This document shows positions 1 through 12,327 of a DNA stretch of 64,000 bases, in pieces; the first letter of the stretch is position 1, and each line of letters begins with the position of its first letter. Below the pieces are notes generated by a model that saw nothing but the letters and a program-made list of their open reading frames with translations, searched no databases and was not told the origin of the DNA. Source of the DNA: Eledone cirrhosa (taxonomy: Eukaryota). The stretch lies in NCBI GenBank assembly GCA_964016885.1, contig OZ024744.1, forward strand, positions 33,666,001 through 33,730,000, in the 5' to 3' direction. The position numbers were made by a program, and so were the translations under genes.

Positions 1-1992
1 TATTAGAGAAATTGGGGAGGTGAGTTGAGTCCAAGAGGGGAATAGGACCCAAGACGGTGAATCTGACTTTGTTCAGTCCTGGTGCGCGATCCATGATGTA
101 AAAGGACACCCAGGACTGAAACATGTAGGGAAGAATAACCAGGAGAACAGAAATGACGGGCGACAGGAGTATTCAAACCGAGTCGTATGTCCCTCAAATG
201 TTCGGCAAAACGGTCCGACATACGGTGTCCCGTTTGTCCGATATATAAAGATCCGCAAAGGGAACACTGGAGGGCATAGACAACGTGGGTGGATGTGCAG
301 GTGAAGGAATGGTGGATACGGAAAGACCCGTTAGCGCCTGTAAGAGTGGCGAGGGTGGAAATAAAGGGGCAAATGTTGCAGCGGGAACAAGGATGAGAGC
401 CGGGTGGAGTCGTGGGAGAGGACGAAAAGAACTACGAACCAGGGGGTCTGAGGTTTCGGGCGCGCTTAAAGGCAGTAATGGGTGGATTTGGAAAAAAGCG
501 AGAAGTGAGGGGGTCAGAAGAGAGGATACGGAAGGAACGGAGGATATGTCGCAGGAGTGATAGGGTGTTGGAGAGGTAGGTGAGAGGGAAAGGAACGCGG
601 GTGTTGGGAGGGAGGGGTTAGGTGAGAGGGCTGTGGTTCGGTCTGTTTCGCGGGTGCGGATGAGAGCAGCTTGGATCAGGGTGGGAGGATATCCACGCTG
701 GATGAAACAGGAAACCATGTGATAGGGGATGGGTTTCGAAATCGTCGTCCTGGCTACAGAGTCGACGAAGACGGAGGAATTCGGAATAGGGTATGGAGTA
801 TTCGGTGTGGGTTGGATGGGAGGAGGTGAAGTCGAGGTAAGATTGGGCGTCTGTTGGTTTAATGTAGGATGGAAGTAGAGAGGGTGTGGTGAGAGTGATT
901 AATAGATAGAGAGATATCTAGAAAAGAGAGAGAAGAATCGGAGACGGAGGCGGTGAAAGTGAGAGCAGGATGGAAATATTGGACAAAAGATAGAAAACAG
1001 TCGAGCTGTTCTCGTGATAGAGAGGAGGTGCCGATACAGTCGTCAATATAACGACCGTATAGCTCAGGAGTCAGTCTAGCGTACTGGGAGAAGATCTGGG
1101 CTTCGGCGTAGCCAACAAACAAGTTGGCATAGTTTGGCCCCATTCTGGTTCCCATCGCTACCCCAGAGACCTGTTGATAAATTTCACCCGAAAAAGAAAA
1201 TCCATTAAGGGTGAGAACAAGCTCAGCCAGACGGAGTAGAGGGGTAGTGCTGGGGTAAGAGGTAGGGCGTAAATCTAAAATATGTTGGAGAGCGTGGAAG
1301 CCGTCATCATGAGGGATGTCAGTATAGAGAGAAGTGATGTCCAGGGTAAAGAGAAGGCGGGAGGGACCAGGAGGGAAGGAGAAAGAGTTGAAGAGTCTAA
1401 GGGCATGATTTGTATCGTGGATGTGGGAGGGGAGATTGCCGACCAACGGGGCGAGGAGGTGTCTAAATATTCAGAAATTATCTCGGTGGGGCAGTTGCTC
1501 GTAGAAACGATAGGACGGCCAGGATTATTTTGTTTGTGTATTTTGGGGAGGAAGTAGATGGTGGTTGTGCGAGGGGTGCATACAATAAAGTTGGTGGCTG
1601 TAAGGAGTAGGTGAGATGAGGAGATGAGCTGGTGAATGGTGGAGGACACGAGTTGTTGGTAGCCAGAAGTGGGGTCGGAGGATAGAGGGCGGTAAAAAGG
1701 GGTATTGTGAAGCTGGCGGATAGTCTCAGCCCTATAGAGGTTAGCGTTCCAAACCACCACAGCGCCACCTTTGTCAGCGCCACACCGAAGGTTGCGAAGA
1801 GCGGAGAGCTCAGTCCACGTGATGTTAGAGCTACGAGAATGCTGGTGGAAACGGAACCGATTCACAGTACGCCGGCAAGTATCGACAAAGGAGTCGAGGG
1901 AGCTGAACTGGCCAGAGCTCGGCGTCCAACGTGATTGCTGGCGACTGAGACAAGTGAAGTCATCCGTCTGTGTTGATGATAGCGTATCGTGA
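1..1992 (-). mobile_element. Decayed Penelope-like element (probably Neptune-like): RT plus GIY-YIG endonuclease, frameshifted
   Basis: ORF fragments contain ADKGG, YFLPKIHK..PGRPIVS, LDITSLYT, GVAMGTRMGPNYANLF and YGRYIDD. The C-terminal endonuclease part reads RFAEHLRDI and EQSQIHRLGSYSPLGLN. Near-identical to 57614-59559 in the opposite orientation. Confidence 0.9.
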
Positions 1993-2081
1993 AATATATG
2001 TATGTATTTCGTTTTTGAATTTGTTTTGCAAGATATCTTATCTGAAACCGTGTGTTGAAAGAGATATTGTTATACTTTGGA

Positions 2082-2448
2082 AGGGTCATACTGCCAATAA
2101 AAACACACGCATCATGTTGGTTTCACTACAATTTATTATAAATTTCCGGCTGGTTGACTGGTTGGCTGGTTGGTTCGATAACCGGATGGTTGTTTATATA
2201 CTCTCAAAGGTCTTTCGTCACACATTCTTTGATCACCTCAGTGACTGGGTTTTTATTTTGTGTCTCTCTTGTTCTGTCGGAGAGACACAAAATAAAAACC
2301 AGTCACTGAGGTGGTCAAAGAATGTGTAACCAAAGAGGTTTGACAGTACATAAACAACCATCCGCTCATCGTACCAACCAACCGGAAATTTATAATAAAT
2401 TGAAGAGAAACCAACTAGTGCGTGTATTTTTATTGGCAGCATGACCCT
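2082..2448. repeat. Fold-back palindrome with ~180-bp diverged arms and a degenerate hammerhead-like core
   Basis: AGGGTCATACTGCCAATAAAAA... is mirrored by ...TTTTTATTGGCAGCATGACCCT, centred at ~2270-2280. The left arm on - reads CACTGAGGTG...TGACGAAAGACCTTTGA. Confidence 0.85.
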
Positions 2449-3124
2449 CCTAAAATATAACAATATATATATATATATATAGTGAAAAATGGAACGGGAA
2501 ATATTTATATGTATGTATATATATTTCGTCCCTGAGGCCGTTTGTCACCCGAAATGTTGGTAAACTAAATCTTTCCCATACGAAATTTTTAGAGAGAAAT
2601 ACAGTGATATACATGTATATATATGTGTGTGTGTGTGTGTGATCGCGCGTGTGTGTGTGTGATCGCGCGTGCGCGCGTGTGTGTGTGTGCATGTGTATAC
2701 CGTATATGCCGGCATACAAGTCGATCTGGTGCATAGGATGACCCCTAAAATTCTAAGGTATAATTCCTGTTTAGGCCTATATTCGCCGGATAAGATTTCC
2801 CCCTCCCCCCCCAAAAAAATAAGGCAGTACCATCCCCCCAGCCCTAGATCCGCTTGTCATTCTTTATTTGTACAAAATATAAAACATGGAAACAAACACT
2901 AAATAGTTGTAAGTAGTCGCAAGTGAGTTCTAACTTCCTGAGTAAACCCGCCTAACCTTAACCAACCTATGATAAACTACTCTATGGGCAACGGCAAGTC
3001 ATTAATATTATTATAATCTCAACGTTAAATAAACTTAACAAATATGAGATTCAGTAGGAAATGGTAGGTTGATAGAGTTAACGTAAGTGGTGTACAACGA
3101 GTGTTAGGCAGGCACTTTCACTGT

Positions 3125-3975
3125 TTACCTCACCTGGTAAAGTCTTTCAAATCAGGATTTGGGCACCATGGCCCACTCAAATAGAGAGTTATTGTTTACG
3201 AAGAGATATCGGGGTGTAAGAGGTTTATCCGGGATTTCTTGAAGAATTTGTCCAAAGACATCTTGATCTTTATGGAGTCTGTTTCCGTTTTAATGTGTTT
3301 TTGTTGTTAAATAGAGCGGGGCCAATTGAGTTGAAATAATTGTGGCGTATTGTTGTTATGAGATGTGAATGTGATTTTTGTTGTGGGTGGATAGCACGGG
3401 GCCCAAGCGTTGGGTATACCTTAATGGTGATGCCAACATCATTTGGGCAATGCTGATGGAATATTTTCCACATTATGCAAATGATGTAACACCCATGGCG
3501 ACGCTGGAGAGAATAAAGTTTGAGTTTTTTTTAGTCGACCCCGATAGTCAAGGCCTGACATGCCATCTATCTTGTTCGTGATTGACCTTTGAGGAGCTTC
3601 GATTTTCATGATACTTTATTTCATGTGGGGAATCCACAGTGGACAACAATATTCAAGGTGTGGCTAAGCAAAAGTGAAGAGAAGGATAACAGTGTGGATA
3701 TCTCTCGACTGGAAGGTTCTGAGAATCCAGGAACACATTCTGCGGGCCATGTAAACTTTGCTGTGTTGTTGGAGAGTTTCACCTGAAGGAAGGGAGTATA
3801 GGAGTTTCAGGGCATTCACTTTTCCAAAGTGGCTTAACTCACATTTACCCTCGTTCAGCAGCATATTGTTATTTTCCGCCCATTGGATAACAACCAGTAG
3901 GTCTGACTGAAGGCAAGTCCAGTCACCCACTTCATTGATGACCTTCTGGAGCTTGGAATCATCTGCAAAGATTCC
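3125..3975 (-). mobile_element. CR1/L2-group LINE 3' fragment (RT C-terminus), decayed
   Basis: IFADDSKL..CLQSDLLVVIQWAENNNMLLNEGKC; downstream HNYFNSIGPALFN; several stops and deletions. Confidence 0.75.
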
Positions 3976-3977
3976 TA

Positions 3978-4091
3978 CAGGGTGTCCCAAGTGGACAGGC
4001 AACTTTTATTAGAATGTCCCAAAAGAGTGTGTAAAGGCAACTTTTATTAGAATGCTGTTGAATTCTGTATATATTCTTTGGGGACACCCAC

Positions 4092-4092
<1 letters not shown>
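3978..4092. mobile_element. Short Tc1/mariner-like MITE remnant
   Basis: TA-CAGGGTGTCCCAA at the left and TTGGGGACACCCAC-TA at the right (imperfect TIR, TA flanks). Internal direct repeat GGCAACTTTTATTAGAATG occurs twice. Confidence 0.5.
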
Positions 4093-4181
<89 letters not shown>

Positions 4182-4312
4182 TATATAACCCTCCCCCACT
4201 CACACACACTCTCACCAAGCGTGACGCTAATAACACTATGTATCATTTACTCCTGCATTTGTTTGTTTATTTGTAATTTCGAATTCTCTCTCTCTCACTC
4301 TCTCTCTGTATG

Positions 4313-4390
<78 letters not shown>
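4093..4390. repeat. Compound (CA)n/(TA)n/(CT)n microsatellites
   Basis: Directly visible dinucleotide runs. Confidence 0.95.
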
Positions 4391-4647
4391 GGAAAATTTG
4401 AACAGGAACAAAACAGAGAGGCAGTACAACGAATGTTTATTAATTTCACGCTCTGGAGAGTGGGGTGGTGGTGATATATATATATATATAAAATTAATAA
4501 ACGGAGTTAAAACCTCACATTAATCCCCTATAATTTAATTAGCTCAAGGAATATATTCCCAGCTCTTTATAAATCAAGATATAGATAGAAGTAGACATAG
4601 AGATATGTGTTTAATGAGAGGGATAAAAAACCACGAGAGGGACGAAC

Positions 4648-4865
4648 ATATTACCTACGGAAGGAATGGTGAATATAAATCAATAAAAAGTATATATTAA
4701 AGTGTACTAACCATCCGATTATAACAATACACCTGGACATACTCAAATATGAGTATGTTTCGCTATAAAAAGTGAAGAATAGGAAGGTGTATTGTTATAA
4801 TCGAATGGTTAGTGTACTTGAATATATTCTTTTTATTGATTTGTATTCACCATTCCTTCCGTAGG

Positions 4866-4871
<6 letters not shown>
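4648..4871. repeat. Fold-back palindrome (~87-bp arms) enclosing the 3' half of a hammerhead ribozyme
   Basis: ATATTACCTACGGAAGGAATGGTGAA pairs with TTCACCATTCCTTCCGTAGGTAATAT. The spacer on - reads GAAAC-ATACTCA-TATT-TGAGTAT-GTC. Abuts (TA)n. Confidence 0.85.
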
Positions 4872-4919
<48 letters not shown>

Positions 4920-4922
<3 letters not shown>

Positions 4923-5335
4923 AAGGTTAAACAAGGTTTAAAGAATAAATCAAAGAATTAGTTTTACAATAGATTGGAAGCTCTCAACATATGGTTTTCT
5001 GGAGTTATTAATATTCATTCAAAATATTAACAAAAATAGAACTTCATTGTGATCAAGTATATTTTATTATACATATTTCAGAGGTACTGAGCTAACTTCA
5101 ACAGTACATCATGATCAGATAAAATAAGATGATGCATAACATACCCTGACATAGTAGATGGTTTAGATCCAGTCATGGTGGATCTTAACCATCTACTATG
5201 TCAGGGTATGTCATGCATCATCTTATTTTATCTGATGAGGACGTGCTGTGGAAGTTAGCTCAGTACCTCTGAAATATGTATAACAAAATATACTTGATCA
5301 CAATGAAGTTCTATTTTTGTTAATATTTGGACTGT
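4920..5335 (-). mobile_element. Non-coding fold-back element (family A, copy 1) with hammerheads, between (TA)n tracts
   Basis: About 100 bp of unpaired tail plus a ~150-bp-arm palindrome at ~5022-5328. Homologous to 32714-33118. Confidence 0.85.
5224..5290 (+). ncRNA. Minimal type-I hammerhead ribozyme
   Basis: Stem I TATTTTAT/ACAAAATA; CTGATGA; stem II GGACGTGCTG/CAGTACCTCT; GAAA; T-ATGT-A; cleavage triplet AUA. The mirror copy in the left arm has a mutated core (CTGATCA). Confidence 0.75.
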
Positions 5336-5336
5336 A

Positions 5337-5512
<176 letters not shown>

Positions 5513-5624
5513 TTTGTATATGTATAATAAAGCAAAAACAATGCAGGTATGGACATAGAATAAAGAATGCAAATGCAAAAGATATTGTTGACAATACGTC
5601 TTTTACCTTAGATTTATTTAAATG

Positions 5625-5662
5625 TCCTTAATTTTCGAGATAATATCTCTTCTTCAGAGCGA
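5625..5662 (-). ncRNA. Minimal hammerhead in the PLE inverted pLTR
   Basis: The - strand reads GCT-CTGAAGA-A-GAGAT-ATT-ATCTC-GAAA-AT-TA-AG with a short stem I. The sense copy at ~9617-9652 has GAAA changed to AAAA. Confidence 0.55.
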
Positions 5663-6639
5663 AGTAAAGTTGTCAACTAGTGTTCTAAATAGCTTGCCAA
5701 GTCATGCTGACAGGAAATGGTATAGAATATCTGTTCTATCTCTAATGTCAAAGAGTTAAGATTAGGTGGATAAAGAGTAGTCTCCCTTTAAAAGGGGTTT
5801 GTTTTTGTTTGTTTGTTTTTTGTTTTTTATATACATGCCTGTTTAAGTGTGTGGGAGAATGCATGAAGGTGTAAGTATGTGAGTGTGTGTGTGTGAGTGT
5901 GAGAAGATATGTCTACTCGTAAATGTGGGGGATAGGTGTTATCTCGTGTTAGAACTGGTTTTGTGTGTGTATGTGTGAGAGAGAATAAGTGGAGGTGTAA
6001 GCGTGTGTGTGTGTGTGCCTGTGTGCGTGCGTGTGTGCGTGTGTGTGTGTGGGGTGTGTGTAAATATGGGGCTAGAAGCTCTATCAAGTTATAAATTGGG
6101 TGTTGAGTTCTAGTCTATTATTGATTGGTAGTTGTGTTTTGTCTATAATTAGTGCTTCCTTAATTCTAAGATTGCCGAGGTTTCTTTCCTTGGTTTCTAT
6201 CCTAACTGTTATGGTTTTGTCGGTGTTTTTACATTTAACTAGGTGTTTCTTAAATTAGGAAGCGTTAGTATTGAGGTGTTCTTTTATTCTTATGTGGAGT
6301 GGTCTGGTGGTGCTACCTACGTAGAAGTTGTTGCATTTTCCACACGCTAGTCTGTATACGACGTAAGCCTGATGGCATAGGTCTGTGTCGTTGATGGGGC
6401 AGTTGGCTAGTCTGCAGCAGTTGTCATGTCTGGTGGAGTGTCTTTTGGTTAGCTGTCCGCGTAGAGAAGGACCTGAGTGGGCCAGTTGGATATCTAGTCC
6501 CTCTCGTCTGATGGCTCTGCGGATGGCTGTTGTTGTTTCTTCACTGAAGTGTGGGAGCTTCAGGAAGCAAGTGTTAGTGCCTCGGGTGTGGTGTCCTCTG
6601 TTCTTTCTGGCACGGTTTGTGGTGGATGTCGTGTATCCG

Positions 6640-9116
6640 CCAAAGCCGGCTGCCAAATAAACTTCCTAAAACGATGCCTGAATAACAACATCATCCCCAA
6701 AACTATCAAAAATTTGCACCTACCAACATGCTTCAAATCACCAGGCCTCAAACGATCACTTAGTTACATACAAAAATTCTGCCTCAGAAAACTCATACAA
6801 CACCTACACCGCACGCTACAACAACACATACGGACTATTTCCAGCCTTGTACCACAACTCGCTGAAACCCCAGAACCTCTGTCCAGAGTCATCTCCGCCG
6901 CTAGAGACAGGTCATACCACCATCGCCGAGACTACGAGAAAATACGTCTAACGCAAAAATTTCTCAAACTCAGGACGGCCAACTGTCTTAATAACATCCC
7001 AACTCTAAACACCAACAGAGGCGAACAAGACGGTACCAACACCGAACCTAGCGGCGCCCCGACCAACAACACACCTGACGCAAAACACCTCGTCACAGAC
7101 TTGACAGGATCCCTCTCCCGAGAGGAATTAGACCTCCTCAGCCTCGGTCCCAAGTTCATATTGAAACAGAGACTGGACGACAAATTATGGCTCGACATAG
7201 AAACGAATTTCTGTCGGTCTACCTCCCAATTAAAATGAATATAGACTCTCGGCAACAACACCACGGAATCTATCAAACCCAGATTCCCGATATACCAACT
7301 GGATCGCCCACTCTGTCCACCGCCTGCCAACTGCGAGCTTGAAGAAAAACTCTCGAGGCTAAAACATTCCGTATTTAACATCTTACGGAAACAGAAGAAG
7401 ATAGCCCCAAACCTCTCCAGGACACAACAACTCGCCCTGAAGAACCTACGGAATAGGGAACTGATATACTTACCATCCGACAAAGGTAAATAGTTTTGCG
7501 TCATCTCTCAAGCCACGTACAACAACCTAGCCTTTGAACACCTAAGCGACAATGAATTATACACAGAGATCCCGGACATGACTGCAGCCCAGATCGAAAA
7601 GCAGATCAACTCCATCTGGTTCGATATCTGTAGAAGACAACTCCCAAATAAAGTTAAGCTCAACTAGACCACTAGAAATAGCAGACTGCCCACTTTCTAC
7701 CACCTCATCAAGACCCACAAGAATAGTACTAAGACGCAAATAAGACCCATCGTCTCTAGCATAGAAGGACTCCTATACAAAATTTCCTGGCTCCTCTCCC
7801 AGGTCATCAAGCCTCTACTCTCCACCTTTCCCGGGCATGTCAGTAGCTCCGACGAAGTCATACGTAGACTACATCAACTCCAGCCAGAACAACTTAAACT
7901 AAATAAATACGCCTTTAGCCTCGACGTTGTCTCCCTCTACACTACAGTCCCCGCTCATCCAGCTGTCGATTTATTGACGGACTGCGTGGTCGCAGAGGAC
8001 ATCCACTTCTACGGCCTCCACCCGACGGACATACACCACCTTTTGTCCTTCACAGTAGACAACACGTACTTCACCTTCTACCACCACACATACAGACAGA
8101 CAACAGGATTACCCATGGGATCCAGCCTATCGGGCCTGCTGGCCATCACCTACATGAACCAGCTAGAATGCCGAGCCCTCAACACCTGCCATTCCCATAC
8201 CTTCTTCACCCGATATGTAGATGACATACTCATCCTTACATCATCCCGTGAGGAGGCAGATAAAATATACACAACATTCTCCAGCATGGACGCCAGTATA
8301 AAGTTCAGCATGGAACACCCCGATGACCGCGGATCCCTATCCCTACTGGACTTCCAACTCAGGGTAACAGAAGAAGGCAACATCCACACCTGCTTCTATA
8401 AAAAAAATCCGCCAGCAGGGACCTGTTCGTACATTTCAGATCGGCCCTCCCACTCGGTGCCAAGTTCGGATACATAAGGAATGAACTGGCACGTATCCGG
8501 AACAAACGCTAGAGACCGAGACACACACACCACACATTTCCTGGAAGTACTCAAACTGAACGGATACACGACATCCACCACAAACCGTGCCAGAAAGAAC
8601 AGAGGACACCACACCCGAGGCACTAACACTTGCTTCCTGAAGCTCCCACACTTCAGTGAAGAAACAACAACAGCCATCCGCAGAGCTATCAGACGAGAGG
8701 GACTAGATATCCAACTGGCCCACTCAGGTCATTCTCTACGCGGACAGCTAACCAAAAGACACTCCACCAGACATGACAACTGCTGCAGACTAGCCAACTG
8801 CCCCATCAACGACACAGACCTATGCCACCAGGCTTACGTCGTATACAGACTAGCGTGTGGAAAATGCAACAACTTCTACGTAGGTAGCACCACCAGACCA
8901 CTCCACATAAGAATAAAAGAACACCTCAATACTAACGCTTCCTAATTTAAGAAACACCTAGTTAAATGCAAAAACACCGACAAAACCATAACAGTTAGGA
9001 TAGAAACCAAGGAAAGAAACCTCGGCAATCTTAGAATTAAGGAAGCACTAATTATAGACAAAACACAACTACCAATCAATAATAGACTAGAACTCAACAC
9101 CCAATTTATAACTTGA
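6640..9116 (+). pseudogene. PLE RT-GIY-YIG polyprotein, disrupted by stops and frameshifts
   Basis: LLSLGPKF, PSDKG, FYHLIKTHK..IRPIVSS, LDVVSLYT, GLPMGSSLSG, RYVDD, LDF, VVYRLACGKCNNFYVGST.R.L..RIKEH; after a TAA the frame continues LRIKEALII...PINNR. Confidence 0.9.
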
Positions 9117-9170
9117 TAGAGCTTCTAGCCCCATATTTACACACACCCCACACACACACACGCACACACG

Positions 9171-9279
<109 letters not shown>

Positions 9280-10010
9280 ACACCTCCACTTATTCTCTCT
9301 CACACATACACACACAAAACCAGTTCTAACACGAGATAACACCTATCCCCCACATTTACGAATAGACATATCTTCTCACACTCACACACACACACACACT
9401 CACATACTTACACCTTCATGCATTCTCCCACACACTTAAACAGGCATGTATATAAAAAACAAACAAAAAACCCCCCAAAAAACTATTTAAAGGGAGACTA
9501 CTCTTTATCCACCTAATCTTAACTATTTGACATAGAGATAGAACAGATATTCTATACCATTTCCTGTCAGCATGACTTGGCAAGCTATTTAGAACACTAG
9601 TTGACAACTTTACTTCGCTCTGAAGAAGAGATATTATCTCAAAAATTAAGGACATTTAAATAAATCTAAGGTAAAAGACGTATTGTCAACAATATCTTTT
9701 GCATTTGCATTCTTTATTCTATGTCCATACCTGCATTGTTTTTGCTTTATTATACATATACAAACGTTTATACCTCATTACACAATGCTTCAAGTGAACT
9801 ATAACCTCCTCCATATATATATATATATATTGTTATGGAGAGGGTCATATTGTTGTAATAATATTGCCAGAAATAATAACAGAACACACTCACTGTTTGG
9901 TTGGTTTTCGCTTCTGTATCTTTTATATCTCCACAGTTAATTCATTTGGTCCTCAATGTTTATCACTGACTGACCAACGGTAAAAAATACAGATATAAAC
10001 ACATATATAT

Positions 10011-10064
10011 ATAGTCTAACAAAGTACTTTCGTTGCACATCTGCAACATCATCAGTGGTACTAT
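10011..10064 (-). ncRNA. Minimal type-I hammerhead ribozyme (mirror copy)
   Basis: Exact reverse complement of 10224-10277. Confidence 0.7.
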
Positions 10065-10223
10065 TATGTTTCCTCGAGACAATGTCTCCGCCATTTTTAT
10101 TTTTTCTATTTATTTATTTATTTATGCGCAGGGACGAAGACAAAAATAAATAAATAAATACATAAAAAAATAAAAATGGCGTAGACATTACAATACATAC
10201 AATACAGCAGAGGGAACATGATA

Positions 10224-10277
10224 ATAGTACCACTGATGATGTTGCAGATGTGCAACGAAAGTACTTTGTTAGACTAT
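10224..10277 (+). ncRNA. Minimal type-I hammerhead ribozyme
   Basis: CTGATGA-T; stem II GTTGCA-GATG-TGCAAC; GAAA; palindromic AAGTACTT stem III (dimer type); imperfect stem I ATAGTACCA/TGTTAGACTAT. Confidence 0.7.
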
Positions 10278-10500
10278 ATATATATGTATTTATATCTGTA
10301 TTTTTTACAGTTGGTCAGTCAATGATCAACATTGATTGCCAAATGAATTAACTGTGGAGATATAAAAGATACAGAAGCGAAAACAAACCAAACAGTGAGT
10401 GTGTTCTGTTATTATTTCTGGCAATATTACAACAATATGACCCTCCCTAAGAATAACAATATTTTTTTCGACATACGATTTCATATAAAAAACTTTGCAA

Positions 10501-10564
<64 letters not shown>

Positions 10565-10626
10565 ATTAGAAAGTGAACAACACAAAATATAACTACTACA
10601 TTACCAAAGGTTTCTGGATCACAGAC

Positions 10627-10665
<39 letters not shown>

Positions 10666-10666
<1 letters not shown>

Positions 10667-10923
10667 GATGTCAACCGAATCTTGTCCTAGCCCGTCAGCA
10701 CTCATCTCCTCAGTGGCCGTATCTCTGTTCCAGGTATTATTTATCTCAGTATTCAGATCATTGTCTGCTTCGGGTGGTTCCTCCGTTCTCAGGACCTCCT
10801 CACCTTCATTTCCCGCCGGCTCGCTTGTCTGGCATACTACACCCGCCATCTCCAAGCCATTCTCTCTGCTCAGTTCCTCCAGTTCCAGCTCGCTTATCCA
10901 CCCATTAGTTCTTATTACCCGAG
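10666..10923 (-). mobile_element. Inverted internal fragment of the R4/Dong element
   Basis: Reverse complement of 12602-12859, with an identical translated peptide (RVIRTNGWISELE...GQDSVDI). Directly follows (AAT)n. Confidence 0.92.
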
Positions 10924-11102
10924 GGAATATATATAAGGGAAGAAGACGCACGAGGTGACGGAGGTCATGAAATCGCTCCCGTAAGTTTTGAATTTTTAAC
11001 ATATTTAAATCATTTGTGAAATAACAACTCTTAGTACAAATGCTACGTAAAGCACCCGGCTTGAGCCCCAAAAAAATTCGGACCCAAAATGTATTGTTAT
11101 AA

Positions 11103-11756
11103 GGCTCAAATATTCAAATATTCAACTTTGTATTGTACACTGTATATCCAAAAAAAAATGGCTATAAATGGAAGAAGAAGAACCCCCCCCCCTCCTCTCC
11201 TCTGGCTACACTATATAGGACAGCTAAACTCACCAACACCAGAAACTAGATACACCACCCACCCCATCATCTGTGTACACTAAACACAACAGCATTTTCA
11301 CCTTCACCGCCACCGCTCACTACGGCCATCATTACCACCACTATCCTATCACCGCCGCCACCACCCCTTGACTCCTCCACTGCTGCTGCCACCGCTACAG
11401 CACCATCACTACAGTAATACGGCTCAAATATTCAAATATTCAACTTTGTATTGTACACTGTATATCCAAAAAAAAAAAAAATAAAATAAAATGGCTATAA
11501 ATGGAAGAAGAAGAACCCCCCCCCCCCCTCCTCTCCTCTGGCTACACTATATAGGACAGCGAAACTCACCAACACCAGAAACTAGATACACCACCCACCC
11601 CATCATCTGTGTACACTAAACACAACAGCATTTTCACCTTCACCGCCACCGCTCACTACGGCCATCATTACCACCACTATCCCATCACCGCCGCCACCAC
11701 CCCCTGACTCCTTCACTGCTGCTGCCACCGCTACAGCACCATCACTACAGTAATAC
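11103..11756 (+). repeat. Direct tandem duplication (~320-335 bp, 2 copies)
   Basis: GGCTCAAATATTCAAATATTC...CATCACTACAGTAATAC at 11103-11420 and again at 11421-11756. Confidence 0.92.
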
Positions 11757-12327
11757 GGTCGCATCACCGCCACCACTGCCTCGGTATCGACATCACCACC
11801 ACCACTGTCTCAGTATCGCCAACGCCGCCAGTCTCTGCTGGCTACCACTTCCACATTATAGAATTCCTACTACTAACAAAGAGGAAGGCATCAAAATATA
11901 TAGATAGACTCAAAAGAAAAAAGAAAAAACAAACAACAAAAGCAGCACAGCAACAACAGTAAAAAACGAGAAAAACAGAGAAAAACAAAAACAAAAAAAG
12001 AAACCCCAAAAACGTAAAGAAAATAAGAATGAAGAGAGAAGCAGGCGGACGGACAGAGAAGAGGGGGGAAAAAGTAAAACTTAAAAAACAAAAACTAAGT
12101 CAGACATTCGAATACTACATTACAATGAAACTTATGCTTATTCATTTTTGGGGCCCTTTCTGCCCGTGTGTTTGTTTGTTTATGTGTGTCCGTATACAGC
12201 GTGGTGATAATGCCACACAAGGGCCAAGTGGGATGGCGGATCCACAGATGGCTATGTAAACATACATTCGCCAATCCTCGATAAGAGTGTTTAAATATCG
12301 AACATAAACAGTTCGAATAACGGTGAA

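Larger units (their letters stand above)
9841..10505 (+). mobile_element. Non-coding fold-back element (~280-bp arms, 9841-10444, plus tail) with mirrored hammerheads
   Basis: AGGGTCATATTGTTGTAATA pairs with TATTACAACAATATGACCCT; flanked by (TA)n. Confidence 0.85.

Noticed and set aside
7236-7493. In-frame TGA in the PLE as selenocysteine recoding, as reported for some Naiad elements
   Set aside because: The TGA sits at an expected Trp position and is accompanied by TAG stops and frameshifts, which indicates ordinary decay.
12149-12260. HDV-like ribozyme in the R4/Dong leader
   Set aside because: GGCCCTT/AAGGGCC pairing and small hairpins are present, but I could not build the P3/L3/P1.1 nested pseudoknot.
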